Shown here: positions 7,692 through 16,216 of the stretch, in pieces
How the letters are laid out: every line of letters starts with the position of its first letter
Position numbering within the stretch: position 1 is the first letter of the stretch
Source: a virus
Length of the DNA: 64,000 bases
Strand: one strand, 5' to 3'
IMG/VR virus record: IMGVR_UViG_3300045988_183115
The notes under the pieces: generated by a model
What the model saw: only the letters and a program-made list of their open reading frames with translations
The model's database searches: none
What the model was told of the DNA's origin: nothing
Translations under genes and position numbers: made by a program

Positions 7692-10025
7692 ATGAGTTCT
7701 AAAAAACAACCACTTTATAATGATGATAAAAATATTCCACTAAAAAAACAGAAAAATCATCTTTTAACCATATTTAAAATTTTTATATTGATTATTATGA
7801 TAGTCATATTATTATCTTTAATATCATTATCAGTATTTTATATTAAATTTTACAGTAAATTCAAATTGGCACAGGAAAATGCATATGAGTCATTACAAAA
7901 TATGAACCAAAATGAATTTAATAAAGAACTGAATACATATTTTTATTATGATGATGGCACATTAATGGCAGCTAATATTAACGGCTCTTATGAATATGTT
8001 AATATCAGCGATGTCAGTGATTATATAATACAAGGATATATTGCTGTGGAAGATAAGAATTTCTATATTCATAAAGGTATTGATGCTAAAGCATTGTTAC
8101 GAGCTTCTTTGGCTTATATAAAGAATAAAGGGAAAATAACTCAGGGCGGCAGTACAATCACACAACAAGTTGTAAAAAATATTGTTATAAAAAATTCAGA
8201 CAAAACAATAGATAGAAAACTTACTGAAATGATAGCATCACTTGAAATGGAAAAGTCATATTCTAAAGAACAAATACTTGAAATGTATTTAAACTCTAAT
8301 TTCTACGGCAGCAATTGTTACGGAATTCAGGCAGCTTGTAAATATTATTTTGGATGTGATGCATCTGATGTAACAATATCTCAGGCCGCAATGTTAATAG
8401 GTATTTCAAATGCCCCTACAAAATATAATCCTGAAACAAATTATGAATTAGCAATATGTAAAAGAAATCAAGTCCTTAATACAATGTATAATCAGAAAAT
8501 AATTACAGAAAAACAATACAATGAAGCATTAGAAGATCCTCTTGATTTAATTTTATATAAAGAAACATCTGATTTACCAACATCTTATGAATTTTCATAT
8601 ACACTTAAATGTTCTATTGAATATCTTATGGAAATAAATGGATTTAATTTTAAATACCTTTTTGATTCTTCAGAAGATGAGCAAGATTATATTAATCAAT
8701 ATAATAAAATATACTCTAAGTACAAAGAAGAAATATTAACTGGAGGATACAGGATATATACTTCAATAGATAAAGATAAGCAGCTTGAGCTATTACAAAT
8801 TTCAAAAAATGTTTTATCACAATATGATAACAGCTTATCCGAGGATGGGCGGCATCTTCTTCAAACATCATCCATGTGTATTGATAATGAAACTGGATAT
8901 GTTAGAGCAATTATAGGTGGACAAGAAGATAATGAATATATAAATAGAGCATATCAATCTCCTAGACAACCAGGCTCTTCCATTAAACCAATATTAGATT
9001 ATGCTCCGGCTTTTGATATTTTAGACTATCATCCATCATCTATGATTTTGGATTCTCCACTTGAGGGTAAATATCAGCCTAAAAATCATGATGGATATTA
9101 CAGAGGCAATATTTCAGTAAGAACAGCTTTATTACAATCAGTCAATACAACGGCTGTTAAAACATTAATGAATGTTGGAATAAATAATTGTTTAGAGTAT
9201 TTAAATAAAATGCACTTTTATAATATTTCATATGAAGATAATAATAATGCTGCAATTGCCATAGGTGGTTTTACAAATGGTGTAACAGTAGAAAACATGA
9301 CTAAAGCATACAATGCATTAGCTAATAATGGTAAATACAATAATAATACATGCATCAAACATATGTTGCGTCAAAATGAAGAAATATATCAAAATAAAGA
9401 AGATATTCAAGTATATAAAAAAGGCACCGCTTATATGATGACAGATTGTTTAATTTCAAATTTTACAGAAGGATACGTCAAAAATTATCAAATAGATAAT
9501 CAGATTTGTGCAGGAAAAACTGGAACAACGAATGATAACAAGGACTCTTGGCTATGTGCATATACACCATATTACACAACATGTATATGGACCGGATATG
9601 ATATTCCTAAAAATTTTGATAATGGTTCAGCAATATGTGGAGAAATATGGAAGCAGTTTAATGAATATTTGCACCAGAATTTAGATAATAAGGAATTTGA
9701 GAAACCTGAAACTATTTATGAGCATTATATTGACTGGGAAGGGAAAAAATGTAATTATAATTCTGGTAAAAAAGATTTTTTTCAAATCGATTTTCCTAAT
9801 TATGAAAAGGCCAGTTTTTGTTACAAAAAAGCATATGATGCTTTAAAAGAAGCTGAGAATACTAATATTTCAGATTATAAAACTGCTAATACTGTTATAA
9901 AAAGTCTTGATGATGTTATTATCGATAAGAACGCATTAACTGATCAACAAGAAATTGATGCTATAAATAAATACTGGGATGAAATATATAATAATATTTT
10001 AATAAAAAGACAACAGTTTGGATAA
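7692..10025 (+). CDS. bifunctional class A penicillin-binding protein (GT51 transglycosylase + transpeptidase) with N-terminal TM anchor
   Basis: GT51 motifs are [20 protein letters not shown] and [10 protein letters not shown]. Transpeptidase motifs are SSIK (SxxK), SVN (SxN) and KTGTT (KTG). Confidence 0.85.
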   Translation: MSSKKQPLYNDDKNIPLKKQKNHLLTIFKIFILIIMIVILLSLISLSVFYIKFYSKFKLAQENAYESLQNMNQNEFNKELNTYFYYDDGTLMAANINGSYEYVNISDVSDYIIQGYIAVEDKNFYIHKGIDAKALLRASLAYIKNKGKITQGGSTITQQVVKNIVIKNSDKTIDRKLTEMIASLEMEKSYSKEQILEMYLNSNFYGSNCYGIQAACKYYFGCDASDVTISQAAMLIGISNAPTKYNPETNYELAICKRNQVLNTMYNQKIITEKQYNEALEDPLDLILYKETSDLPTSYEFSYTLKCSIEYLMEINGFNFKYLFDSSEDEQDYINQYNKIYSKYKEEILTGGYRIYTSIDKDKQLELLQISKNVLSQYDNSLSEDGRHLLQTSSMCIDNETGYVRAIIGGQEDNEYINRAYQSPRQPGSSIKPILDYAPAFDILDYHPSSMILDSPLEGKYQPKNHDGYYRGNISVRTALLQSVNTTAVKTLMNVGINNCLEYLNKMHFYNISYEDNNNAAIAIGGFTNGVTVENMTKAYNALANNGKYNNNTCIKHMLRQNEEIYQNKEDIQVYKKGTAYMMTDCLISNFTEGYVKNYQIDNQICAGKTGTTNDNKDSWLCAYTPYYTTCIWTGYDIPKNFDNGSAICGEIWKQFNEYLHQNLDNKEFEKPETIYEHYIDWEGKKCNYNSGKKDFFQIDFPNYEKASFCYKKAYDALKEAENTNISDYKTANTVIKSLDDVIIDKNALTDQQEIDAINKYWDEIYNNILIKRQQFG

Positions 10026-10043
10026 ATCTTTAACATATACTGT

Positions 10044-10061
10044 TTTTTCTGTCATATATTT
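10044..10061 (+). promoter_or_regulatory. conserved promoter-like motif
   Basis: TTTTTTCTGTCATATATT lies ~56 nt upstream of the ATG at 10111. Confidence 0.55.
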
Positions 10062-10110
10062 TTTATCAATAAATTTAATGGAGAATAACTCCAAGAAGGG
10101 AGTCTTATAT

Positions 10111-10398
10111 ATGAGACATTTTAAGAAGGCAAAAGAAGAATTAATTCCTTATATTAACAAAATTCTTGAAAAAAAGAATATTGATTATTTCTATAGAGAT
10201 AACGAAATAATTGTAGATTTATCCGGGAATCAGTTTCATAAGATTGTTACACGAGCTAAGTGCGAAATGCTTAATGAAAAGGATGGGTTGGATAACAGAC
10301 ATACATATTATGTATCCAAAGCAGAAAATATTGCCCGCTTAATGAGCGACAATCCGGAATATGAATTCTTTATAGAATATCCATATAATCCAGATTAA
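10111..10398 (+). CDS. hypothetical protein
   Basis: ATG preceded by AAGAAGGGAG. The ORF track's longer 10018 start lacks an RBS and overlaps the promoter motif. Confidence 0.55.
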   Translation: MRHFKKAKEELIPYINKILEKKNIDYFYRDNEIIVDLSGNQFHKIVTRAKCEMLNEKDGLDNRHTYYVSKAENIARLMSDNPEYEFFIEYPYNPD

Positions 10399-10506
10399 AT
10401 AATTTTGAAAATTAGAACTATTTGTTTAGCTACCTTAAAATGTCTTTATAGACTTTTTAGGGTAGCTTTTTTTGTTCGCACATTGCGAAGAAAGGAACGC
10501 TGCACT

Positions 10507-11154
10507 ATGGCAGAATTAAATGAAATTATGTCAGACAAAAAGGCTGGCACATATAAAAAGGATTTTTTTAATGTAGCATCATATATCGAAAAATTTTATG
10601 ATGCAGAAGAATATCTTTTCAATTTCGAAGCTAATGATTTGGTTGAAACCAGATCAGGAGCAAATGATTATGTTGAGGAACATACTCCTCATGTGCTACA
10701 ACATATAGCTCCAGAAATTTCATGGGCTATAAATAAAATTTCTGAAGCTACAAAAGAAAAGAAAGGAATTAAAGGCGCTAAGAATGGTACCTTCCATCCT
10801 ACATGGTTTGATTCATTAGAAAGTGCATCTGAAGCATTAGAGAGAGTTTTAATTGCTTCAAATAATACCTCTATTATTTCTAAAATTCAGAACTGGTGTG
10901 AGGATAGAGATATTTATTACAACGACAGAAGACATAATCGTTTAGTTATAGATATAGTATCTAATACGGTTATAGGAAAAGGAATTGTAAAAGGTACAAA
11001 TTATGATATTCCTTTTGACTGTCATGGACTTCATATTGTTTTAGAATATACAATTTCTAAAAAAGATGGAGAATTTGCAGTCTATGATATGTATCCATAT
11101 TTCACAGAAGAGGATTGGAGCATAATTAAAAAAGCTAAAAATAAAAAATCTTAA
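10507..11154 (+). CDS. hypothetical protein
   Basis: ATG at 10507 (MAELNEIM) preceded by AAAGGAAC. Upstream extension to 10405 is unlikely. Confidence 0.5.
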   Translation: MAELNEIMSDKKAGTYKKDFFNVASYIEKFYDAEEYLFNFEANDLVETRSGANDYVEEHTPHVLQHIAPEISWAINKISEATKEKKGIKGAKNGTFHPTWFDSLESASEALERVLIASNNTSIISKIQNWCEDRDIYYNDRRHNRLVIDIVSNTVIGKGIVKGTNYDIPFDCHGLHIVLEYTISKKDGEFAVYDMYPYFTEEDWSIIKKAKNKKS

Positions 11155-11156
11155 GC

Positions 11157-11188
11157 AAAAACAGTCATCATTTGATGGCTGTTTTTTA
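11157..11188 (+). terminator. rho-independent terminator
   Basis: AACAGTCATCATTTGATGGCTGTTTTTTAT. Confidence 0.55.
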
Positions 11189-11210
11189 TATTGTTTTTCA
11201 AAAAATATTT

Positions 11211-11228
11211 TTTAACTGTCATATATTT
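11211..11228 (+). promoter_or_regulatory. conserved promoter-like motif
   Basis: TTTAACTGTCATATATTT lies ~46 nt upstream of 11268. Confidence 0.55.
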
Positions 11229-11267
11229 ATTAATTAAGATTTTAATTTAAGGAGTTAAATAGATATT

Positions 11268-11882
11268 ATGTTTATTAATGTACCATGTATTGAAAATACC
11301 AAAAAAGAAAATGGACTGTATTCATATGAATTAAAATTCCCAGATATCATACAAGAAAACAAAAAGCATATAATACAAAATTCAAGACTTTCTGAAAATA
11401 ACAAAATTGATTTAAGTGGAACACTTGCATATAACAATAATTATTATAATTTATTTTCAGATAAAAACAGATTATTCGTTTTTAATTTTCAATCAAGTGA
11501 TTTTTATATTATTGATCAGGAAGAAAGTTATTATGAACGAAAAAAATATTTCTATAGAACAATTAGAGATGGAGAAAATGTCTATTCATTATATGAATCA
11601 AAATTATTTAATAAAAATCTTATGTGTATTAAAAAAAATAATAAAATTATTGTTGTTGTATTACAGTCAATTAATCATGAAACAAAAATATACAATAAAT
11701 TCTTTTGCTTAGAAAAGAATAAAAGAAATATATCTTATAATTGCAAAATTAATAACGATGAAAATAATTTTATTATTTATGCGCTAATCACAATAGGACA
11801 CTATGATTGCGTAAAATATTCTAGTAAATTCATAGAATTACAAGACACAAGTAAATGGATAGAATGGTTTTCTAAACACTAA
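11268..11882 (+). CDS. hypothetical protein
   Basis: 204-aa ORF with AAGGAG RBS. The overlapping ORF 11416..11712 in another frame is judged spurious. Confidence 0.55.
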   Translation: MFINVPCIENTKKENGLYSYELKFPDIIQENKKHIIQNSRLSENNKIDLSGTLAYNNNYYNLFSDKNRLFVFNFQSSDFYIIDQEESYYERKKYFYRTIRDGENVYSLYESKLFNKNLMCIKKNNKIIVVVLQSINHETKIYNKFFCLEKNKRNISYNCKINNDENNFIIYALITIGHYDCVKYSSKFIELQDTSKWIEWFSKH

Positions 11883-11948
11883 TTTAAACAATCACAGCAT
11901 TTAAGATTTTAATTTAAGAAACAGTATCATATTTTTTATCTTATTTTA

Positions 11949-11966
11949 TATTTCTGTCATTCAATA
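11949..11966 (+). promoter_or_regulatory. conserved promoter-like motif
   Basis: ATATTTCTGTCATTCAAT lies ~38 nt upstream of 11998. Confidence 0.5.
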
Positions 11967-11997
11967 TATATGATAACAAAGCCAAAGGAGAAAAATT

Positions 11998-12213
11998 ATG
12001 AAGAAGAGATATCAAAAAATGATAGGTGACAGAAAAATATTAATGCCAATTACAGATGCACAACAATTAATGGTAATAGCAGATGATTTTTGTGTATTAA
12101 ATGATAACAGAACTCAGGATTCTATTATTAATATTATTTGCGGAAGCAAAACATATAATGATGGATTGAGAAAAGTAATCGATATTATTGATGCAACTGT
12201 ATTGGCATCTTAA
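11998..12213 (+). CDS. hypothetical protein
   Basis: 71-aa ORF with AAAGGAGA RBS. First gene of a 4-gene unit without internal promoter motifs. Confidence 0.5.
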   Translation: MKKRYQKMIGDRKILMPITDAQQLMVIADDFCVLNDNRTQDSIINIICGSKTYNDGLRKVIDIIDATVLAS

Positions 12214-12225
12214 GGAGGTAATTTT

Positions 12226-12738
12226 ATGTATAAATATTATGCTTTAAAAGATACGATAGAGGAAATCCCGGATTCAATTGAGCCAATAGCTTTTCAAAAT
12301 TTTAATGAAGCTAAAGATATCATTATAAAGAAGCATGAATCTGAAAAGTCAGAAAGAATAACTGCATTTGGATTTTTATTATCCAAAACTATTATTTCTA
12401 AGGCTGATTTAGAAAAGTATAACTGGTATGATGCAGGTATAGTAGACCGTCATACATGTGTATCAGAGCTTCCAAGTATAATACAAGAAGCTTTAAGAAG
12501 AGAAATAAATCAATTTTATAAAAACTCTGATAGCAATTATAGTATGAATCGTGAGAATTTTCTGAGTTTTTACGGAAGTTTTAAACTTGAAGATTTACAT
12601 AGAATGATGCCAAGAATTGCTAATAAATATAATTTGATTTCCGATAAGGACAAATCACCAATAGAAAAATTATTTGATGATAATATAAGAATTGAAAATA
12701 TTGAACATACAATTACTTCTTCGAATTCATCAATTTAA
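12226..12738 (+). CDS. hypothetical protein
   Basis: 170-aa ORF with AAGGAGG RBS. Confidence 0.55.
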   Translation: MYKYYALKDTIEEIPDSIEPIAFQNFNEAKDIIIKKHESEKSERITAFGFLLSKTIISKADLEKYNWYDAGIVDRHTCVSELPSIIQEALRREINQFYKNSDSNYSMNRENFLSFYGSFKLEDLHRMMPRIANKYNLISDKDKSPIEKLFDDNIRIENIEHTITSSNSSI

Positions 12739-12768
12739 AAAACAACTAGAAAAAAGGAGAATACAATA

Positions 12769-13128
12769 ATGGTAACAACAGCAACAGTGTCAACAAATGC
12801 AATAAATAAAACAAATAAGGTAGGACTCAAAAGATGTCCATTTTGTAGAAAGTGGGACTCAATGAGTATTATCCCTATTAAAACTAATGGCTTTAAGATT
12901 ACTTGCGATTACGCAAAAGGAGGCTGTGGAGCCAGCGGTGGAATGGGTAAGACTAAAGATGAAGCAATAAAAATGTGGAATCTAAGAGTGCCTATTGATC
13001 ATTTACGTCATGATGTTTCTGAAAAATCATATCATAATAGTTTAATGAATTGTGAAGTAATTCCTTCTACGGAAATATATGATGCATTAAATGATGAACA
13101 AGAAAAATATTTAGAAATAAATATTTAG
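12769..13128 (+). CDS. Lar-family-like restriction alleviation protein (zinc-ribbon)
   Basis: RCPFCRKW...CDYAKGGCGASGG...KDEAIKMWNLR follows the Lar-family pattern C-P-F-C-G ... C-G-A ... E-A-I-x-x-W-N-x-R. Assignment is by motif only. Confidence 0.45.
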   Translation: MVTTATVSTNAINKTNKVGLKRCPFCRKWDSMSIIPIKTNGFKITCDYAKGGCGASGGMGKTKDEAIKMWNLRVPIDHLRHDVSEKSYHNSLMNCEVIPSTEIYDALNDEQEKYLEINI

Positions 13129-13149
13129 GATGCAAATTAATGATTTAAA

Positions 13150-13177
13150 ACAGGGTATATATTGCCCTGTTTTTTAT
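13150..13177 (+). terminator. rho-independent terminator
   Basis: AACAGGGTATATATTGCCCTGTTTTTTA. Confidence 0.7.
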
Positions 13178-13178
13178 T

Positions 13179-13196
13179 TTGTTCTGTCATATATAT
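13179..13196 (+). promoter_or_regulatory. conserved promoter-like motif
   Basis: TTTGTTCTGTCATATATATT lies ~65 nt upstream of 13255. Confidence 0.55.
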
Positions 13197-13254
13197 TATA
13201 TAGAATTAATTTTCTATCAAACAATATAAGATTAATATATTTTGGAGGATTTAT

Positions 13255-14574
13255 ATGATAACAAAAGTTGAATTTAAGGAAAATAGTAATAAAAACAATA
13301 ATGTAAAAAAAAGAGCAAATAGGAAATATCCTAAAGAAATTTTAAAAGCATTTAAATATGATTATAACAAATGTGATATTTTTTATAAAACAATGTATGG
13401 ATATATGTGCGGCAGGCATATATTAGATTTATCACCATTACATATTTATAATTTACAAAATGGATATAATGCAAAAAAGAATGCCCTCATTAATTTATTT
13501 AAATATGATGATGTTGTTAAATTAAATATTGAAAATTTACCTACACGCTCTATTATCGAATTAGCCGATTTAGCTTATGGAATGATTTATAAGGGTTTGG
13601 TATTTAAATTAAAAGGATTAGATTTAAATTATTTTATGACTCCTGACAAAATTATTAATGCCGGTAATGTCATAAAAAATCATAACGGCACTGAAATTTA
13701 TGGAGGAAATACAATAAGAGATTTCTTAGCTCATTATAGTGTTAATGAAAAAAAATCAAATCTTACAGAAGATGAATTAAATAATATAACAAATTTTTTA
13801 AATGAAAGAATAAATATATATAAAAATTACGGTTCAATAAAAAGTATCCCTTTTTCTGTGTTCAGATATTCTTTATATATAAAGACTGATGAAAACAAAA
13901 CCATTATTGTCCCTGATATAGAAGCAAAACATAATTTACAAAAAATATTAGGTGTGGAATTATATGAAAAATATCATATTAAGGAACTTAGTATGATAAA
14001 AGCGACATATTTTGAGGCAAAAATTATTAAACAGATAAAAAAAACATTAACAAAAGAAATGAATTCTGTAGCAAATAATCTTTTGATTGATATTCCAGAG
14101 GGAAAATTAAAGGAACACGCTATTTTAGCATCGTCTATTGATAATGTAACAGCAATAACTGGTAGTGGAATTATTTGTAATATTCTTGAATTTATGTCAA
14201 ATAATATTATAAATATTAAAAAATTGTATGCTGAGCCTGAAAGATTATTTACCGCTGAAGAACAGAAGTCATTATTCCAAATTGAATATACAGCTTTGCG
14301 TATGAATCAATTTGAAGCAGGACATAATGTTTTATGGATTAATGATATTTCAAAGGCTATTAAAGGTAAATATGCAAATTTAAAGTCATTGCAATTATGC
14401 ATAGAATATAATTTTGCCCCTGTTATTAATGATAAGTCAATTTTAGATTACAAAATCAGTTATGATGTACTTTATAATTTTTATGTTCAGTATATAATTG
14501 GTTTTGATAAAAACCAAATAATAGAAAATAATGAAGAAATTATGACTGCATTATCTAATATTATTACTCATTAA
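13255..14574 (+). CDS. hypothetical protein (439 aa)
   Basis: Long ORF with GGAGGA RBS. No recognizable motif. Confidence 0.6.
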   Translation: MITKVEFKENSNKNNNVKKRANRKYPKEILKAFKYDYNKCDIFYKTMYGYMCGRHILDLSPLHIYNLQNGYNAKKNALINLFKYDDVVKLNIENLPTRSIIELADLAYGMIYKGLVFKLKGLDLNYFMTPDKIINAGNVIKNHNGTEIYGGNTIRDFLAHYSVNEKKSNLTEDELNNITNFLNERINIYKNYGSIKSIPFSVFRYSLYIKTDENKTIIVPDIEAKHNLQKILGVELYEKYHIKELSMIKATYFEAKIIKQIKKTLTKEMNSVANNLLIDIPEGKLKEHAILASSIDNVTAITGSGIICNILEFMSNNIINIKKLYAEPERLFTAEEQKSLFQIEYTALRMNQFEAGHNVLWINDISKAIKGKYANLKSLQLCIEYNFAPVINDKSILDYKISYDVLYNFYVQYIIGFDKNQIIENNEEIMTALSNIITH

Positions 14575-14596
14575 AACCAATTTTTTAGGAGGCCGT

Positions 14597-15217
14597 ATGA
14601 AAATAAAATGTTATGCTAATAACTATATGAATATTCCTGAATATATGGAAATAAAACTTAAAAATAATCAATCTGTTTTAATAAATATTAGTGATTCTGA
14701 AACTCAAGATGAAGAATACTTTGAATGTTCAGAAGCTGAAATTTTAGGAGATGCAGCAGATGAATATGATAGCGACACAAGATTTTTAGATGAAGAACTG
14801 AATATTATAGTAAATGATTTTGATTGTGGATTATTTTGGGAAAAAGTAATATTTGAAGATAATGAAGGTACTGTGATCTATACAATTAATGATGATGAAA
14901 TCAATATAAGTTCACAATGGAATAATAAAATTGATTCTGAAGCTGTTAATAAAGATGATAATTTAAATAATAATAAATCTGAAATAAAACAAAATATAAA
15001 CAGTAATGTATTCGATTTATTAAAAGAGGATGAAGGATATATTGAAAAAGGAGATATTATGATAATTAACGGTCAGGAGTATTGTTCTTTTAAAAAGCTT
15101 GCTGAATTGTCACAAAGCTTGTCCCCAGATGATAGAATTAAAATTATTAAATCTATTCAAAAGACACAAAATAAACAATTAAATATAAAAAATATGGAAG
15201 AAGATATATCCAGATAA
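14597..15217 (+). CDS. hypothetical highly acidic protein
   Basis: 206-aa ORF with AGGAGG RBS. D/E-rich in its N-terminal half. Confidence 0.55.
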   Translation: MKIKCYANNYMNIPEYMEIKLKNNQSVLINISDSETQDEEYFECSEAEILGDAADEYDSDTRFLDEELNIIVNDFDCGLFWEKVIFEDNEGTVIYTINDDEINISSQWNNKIDSEAVNKDDNLNNNKSEIKQNINSNVFDLLKEDEGYIEKGDIMIINGQEYCSFKKLAELSQSLSPDDRIKIIKSIQKTQNKQLNIKNMEEDISR

Positions 15218-15242
15218 TACTTTACTTTATCAAACTATTGTA

Positions 15243-15279
15243 AAAGTCTTTATGTTTAATCGCATAAAGACTTTTTTTC
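15243..15279 (+). terminator. rho-independent terminator
   Basis: AAAGTCTTTATGTTTAATCGCATAAAGACTTTTTTT. Confidence 0.7.
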
Positions 15280-15293
15280 TCTGTCATATATAT
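15276..15293 (+). promoter_or_regulatory. conserved promoter-like motif
   Basis: TTTTCTCTGTCATATATAT lies ~36 nt upstream of 15323. Confidence 0.55.
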
Positions 15294-15322
15294 AATGAAC
15301 AATATATTAATGGAGAAACATT

Positions 15323-16066
15323 ATGAAAAAATTTTTAAAACAATTCAATGTTAATTTAAGTTTATTTTTATTTTCACTGTGTATTTGCTTATGTAATTTT
15401 AAGCCATATGTGTATGCGGCTGAAAACAAAAAATGTTCTAATTTTACAAACCATACAATAAAGCCTAATCAATCAGCTTTTTTTACAACAATTCAAAAGA
15501 AAATATCAGACAATTCATTAGATGATGATGTTAATTGTCAAACAATTGAAGAAGTTGAAGTTAATGAAGATAATTCAGATTTAGAATCCGATTCGGATAA
15601 AAACGATATTCCTAATATTTATTTATCTGAATATGAATTATATGATACTCCTGATAATTGCCATTTCAAATCCTTTATGGATTATAGAACAATTACAGAT
15701 AAAACATCTAAGCAATTTGATATGCAGAATAATGAAGCTTATACAGATGTTAATACTGGTCTTAGAATGGTAAATGATAGATATTGTATAGCAGTAGGTT
15801 CATTTTATACAAAGACTATAGGTAAAAAAATTGATGTGGTTTTAGAAAACGGAACTATTATCCCCTGTATTTTTGCTGAAGCTAAATCTGATGAACATAC
15901 AGATAAACTAACGCATAGGCAGAATCCAAATGGATCTGTAATAGAATTTATTGTAGATACTCCATTATTGGATAATAAAGTAATACATTCAGGTAATATT
16001 GAATTTGTTAATGATTATTTCAAAGGTGAAATTGTTGAAATAAGAGTTGAAAAAGAGGAGCAATAA
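15323..16066 (+). CDS. hypothetical secreted protein (signal peptide; possible 3D/MltA-like C-terminal domain)
   Basis: N-terminal signal peptide is MKKFLKQF...YAAEN. The C-terminal IAVGSFY...IDVVLENG...AEAKSDEHTD stretch weakly resembles a 3D domain. Confidence 0.5.
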   Translation: MKKFLKQFNVNLSLFLFSLCICLCNFKPYVYAAENKKCSNFTNHTIKPNQSAFFTTIQKKISDNSLDDDVNCQTIEEVEVNEDNSDLESDSDKNDIPNIYLSEYELYDTPDNCHFKSFMDYRTITDKTSKQFDMQNNEAYTDVNTGLRMVNDRYCIAVGSFYTKTIGKKIDVVLENGTIIPCIFAEAKSDEHTDKLTHRQNPNGSVIEFIVDTPLLDNKVIHSGNIEFVNDYFKGEIVEIRVEKEEQ

Positions 16067-16098
16067 GCTTCTCTTTTTTATGTAAGAAAAATCCACTA

Positions 16099-16116
16099 TA
16101 AATCTGTCATATTTTA
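16099..16116 (+). promoter_or_regulatory. conserved promoter-like motif
   Basis: ATAAATCTGTCATATTTT. The 56-nt element and then the UvrD gene follow. Confidence 0.55.
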
Positions 16117-16128
16117 AATAAAAGATTT

Positions 16129-16184
16129 TATCGAAGAATAGCAAGAAAACTACATCCGACAATAGTCAGTTGCGAGTAGTTCAT
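16129..16184 (+). repeat. 56-nt hairpin element, copy A
   Basis: TATCGAAGAATAGCAAGAAAACTACATCCGACAATAGTCAGTTGCGAGTAGTTCAT sits in the 5' UTR of the 16217 gene. Confidence 0.7.
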
Positions 16185-16216
16185 AAATTTAATAATGGAA
16201 AGGATTGTAATAATTT

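Noticed and set aside
10018-10507. Longer N-terminal extensions proposed by the ORF track for 10018..10398 and 10405..11154 (and similarly 21888, 28578, 30506, 36111, 37890, 49627, 50574, 60582, 63139)
   Set aside because: The extended starts overlap promoter motifs or terminators and lack Shine-Dalgarno sequences. An internal ATG 6-10 nt after a strong AAGGAG-type RBS is present in each case.
11416-11712. + strand ORF overlapping 11268..11882 in another frame
   Set aside because: It is nested entirely within a longer ORF that has a proper RBS and sits downstream of the promoter motif. No RBS of its own, and its sequence is low-complexity Ile/Leu-rich as expected from AT-rich out-of-frame translation.
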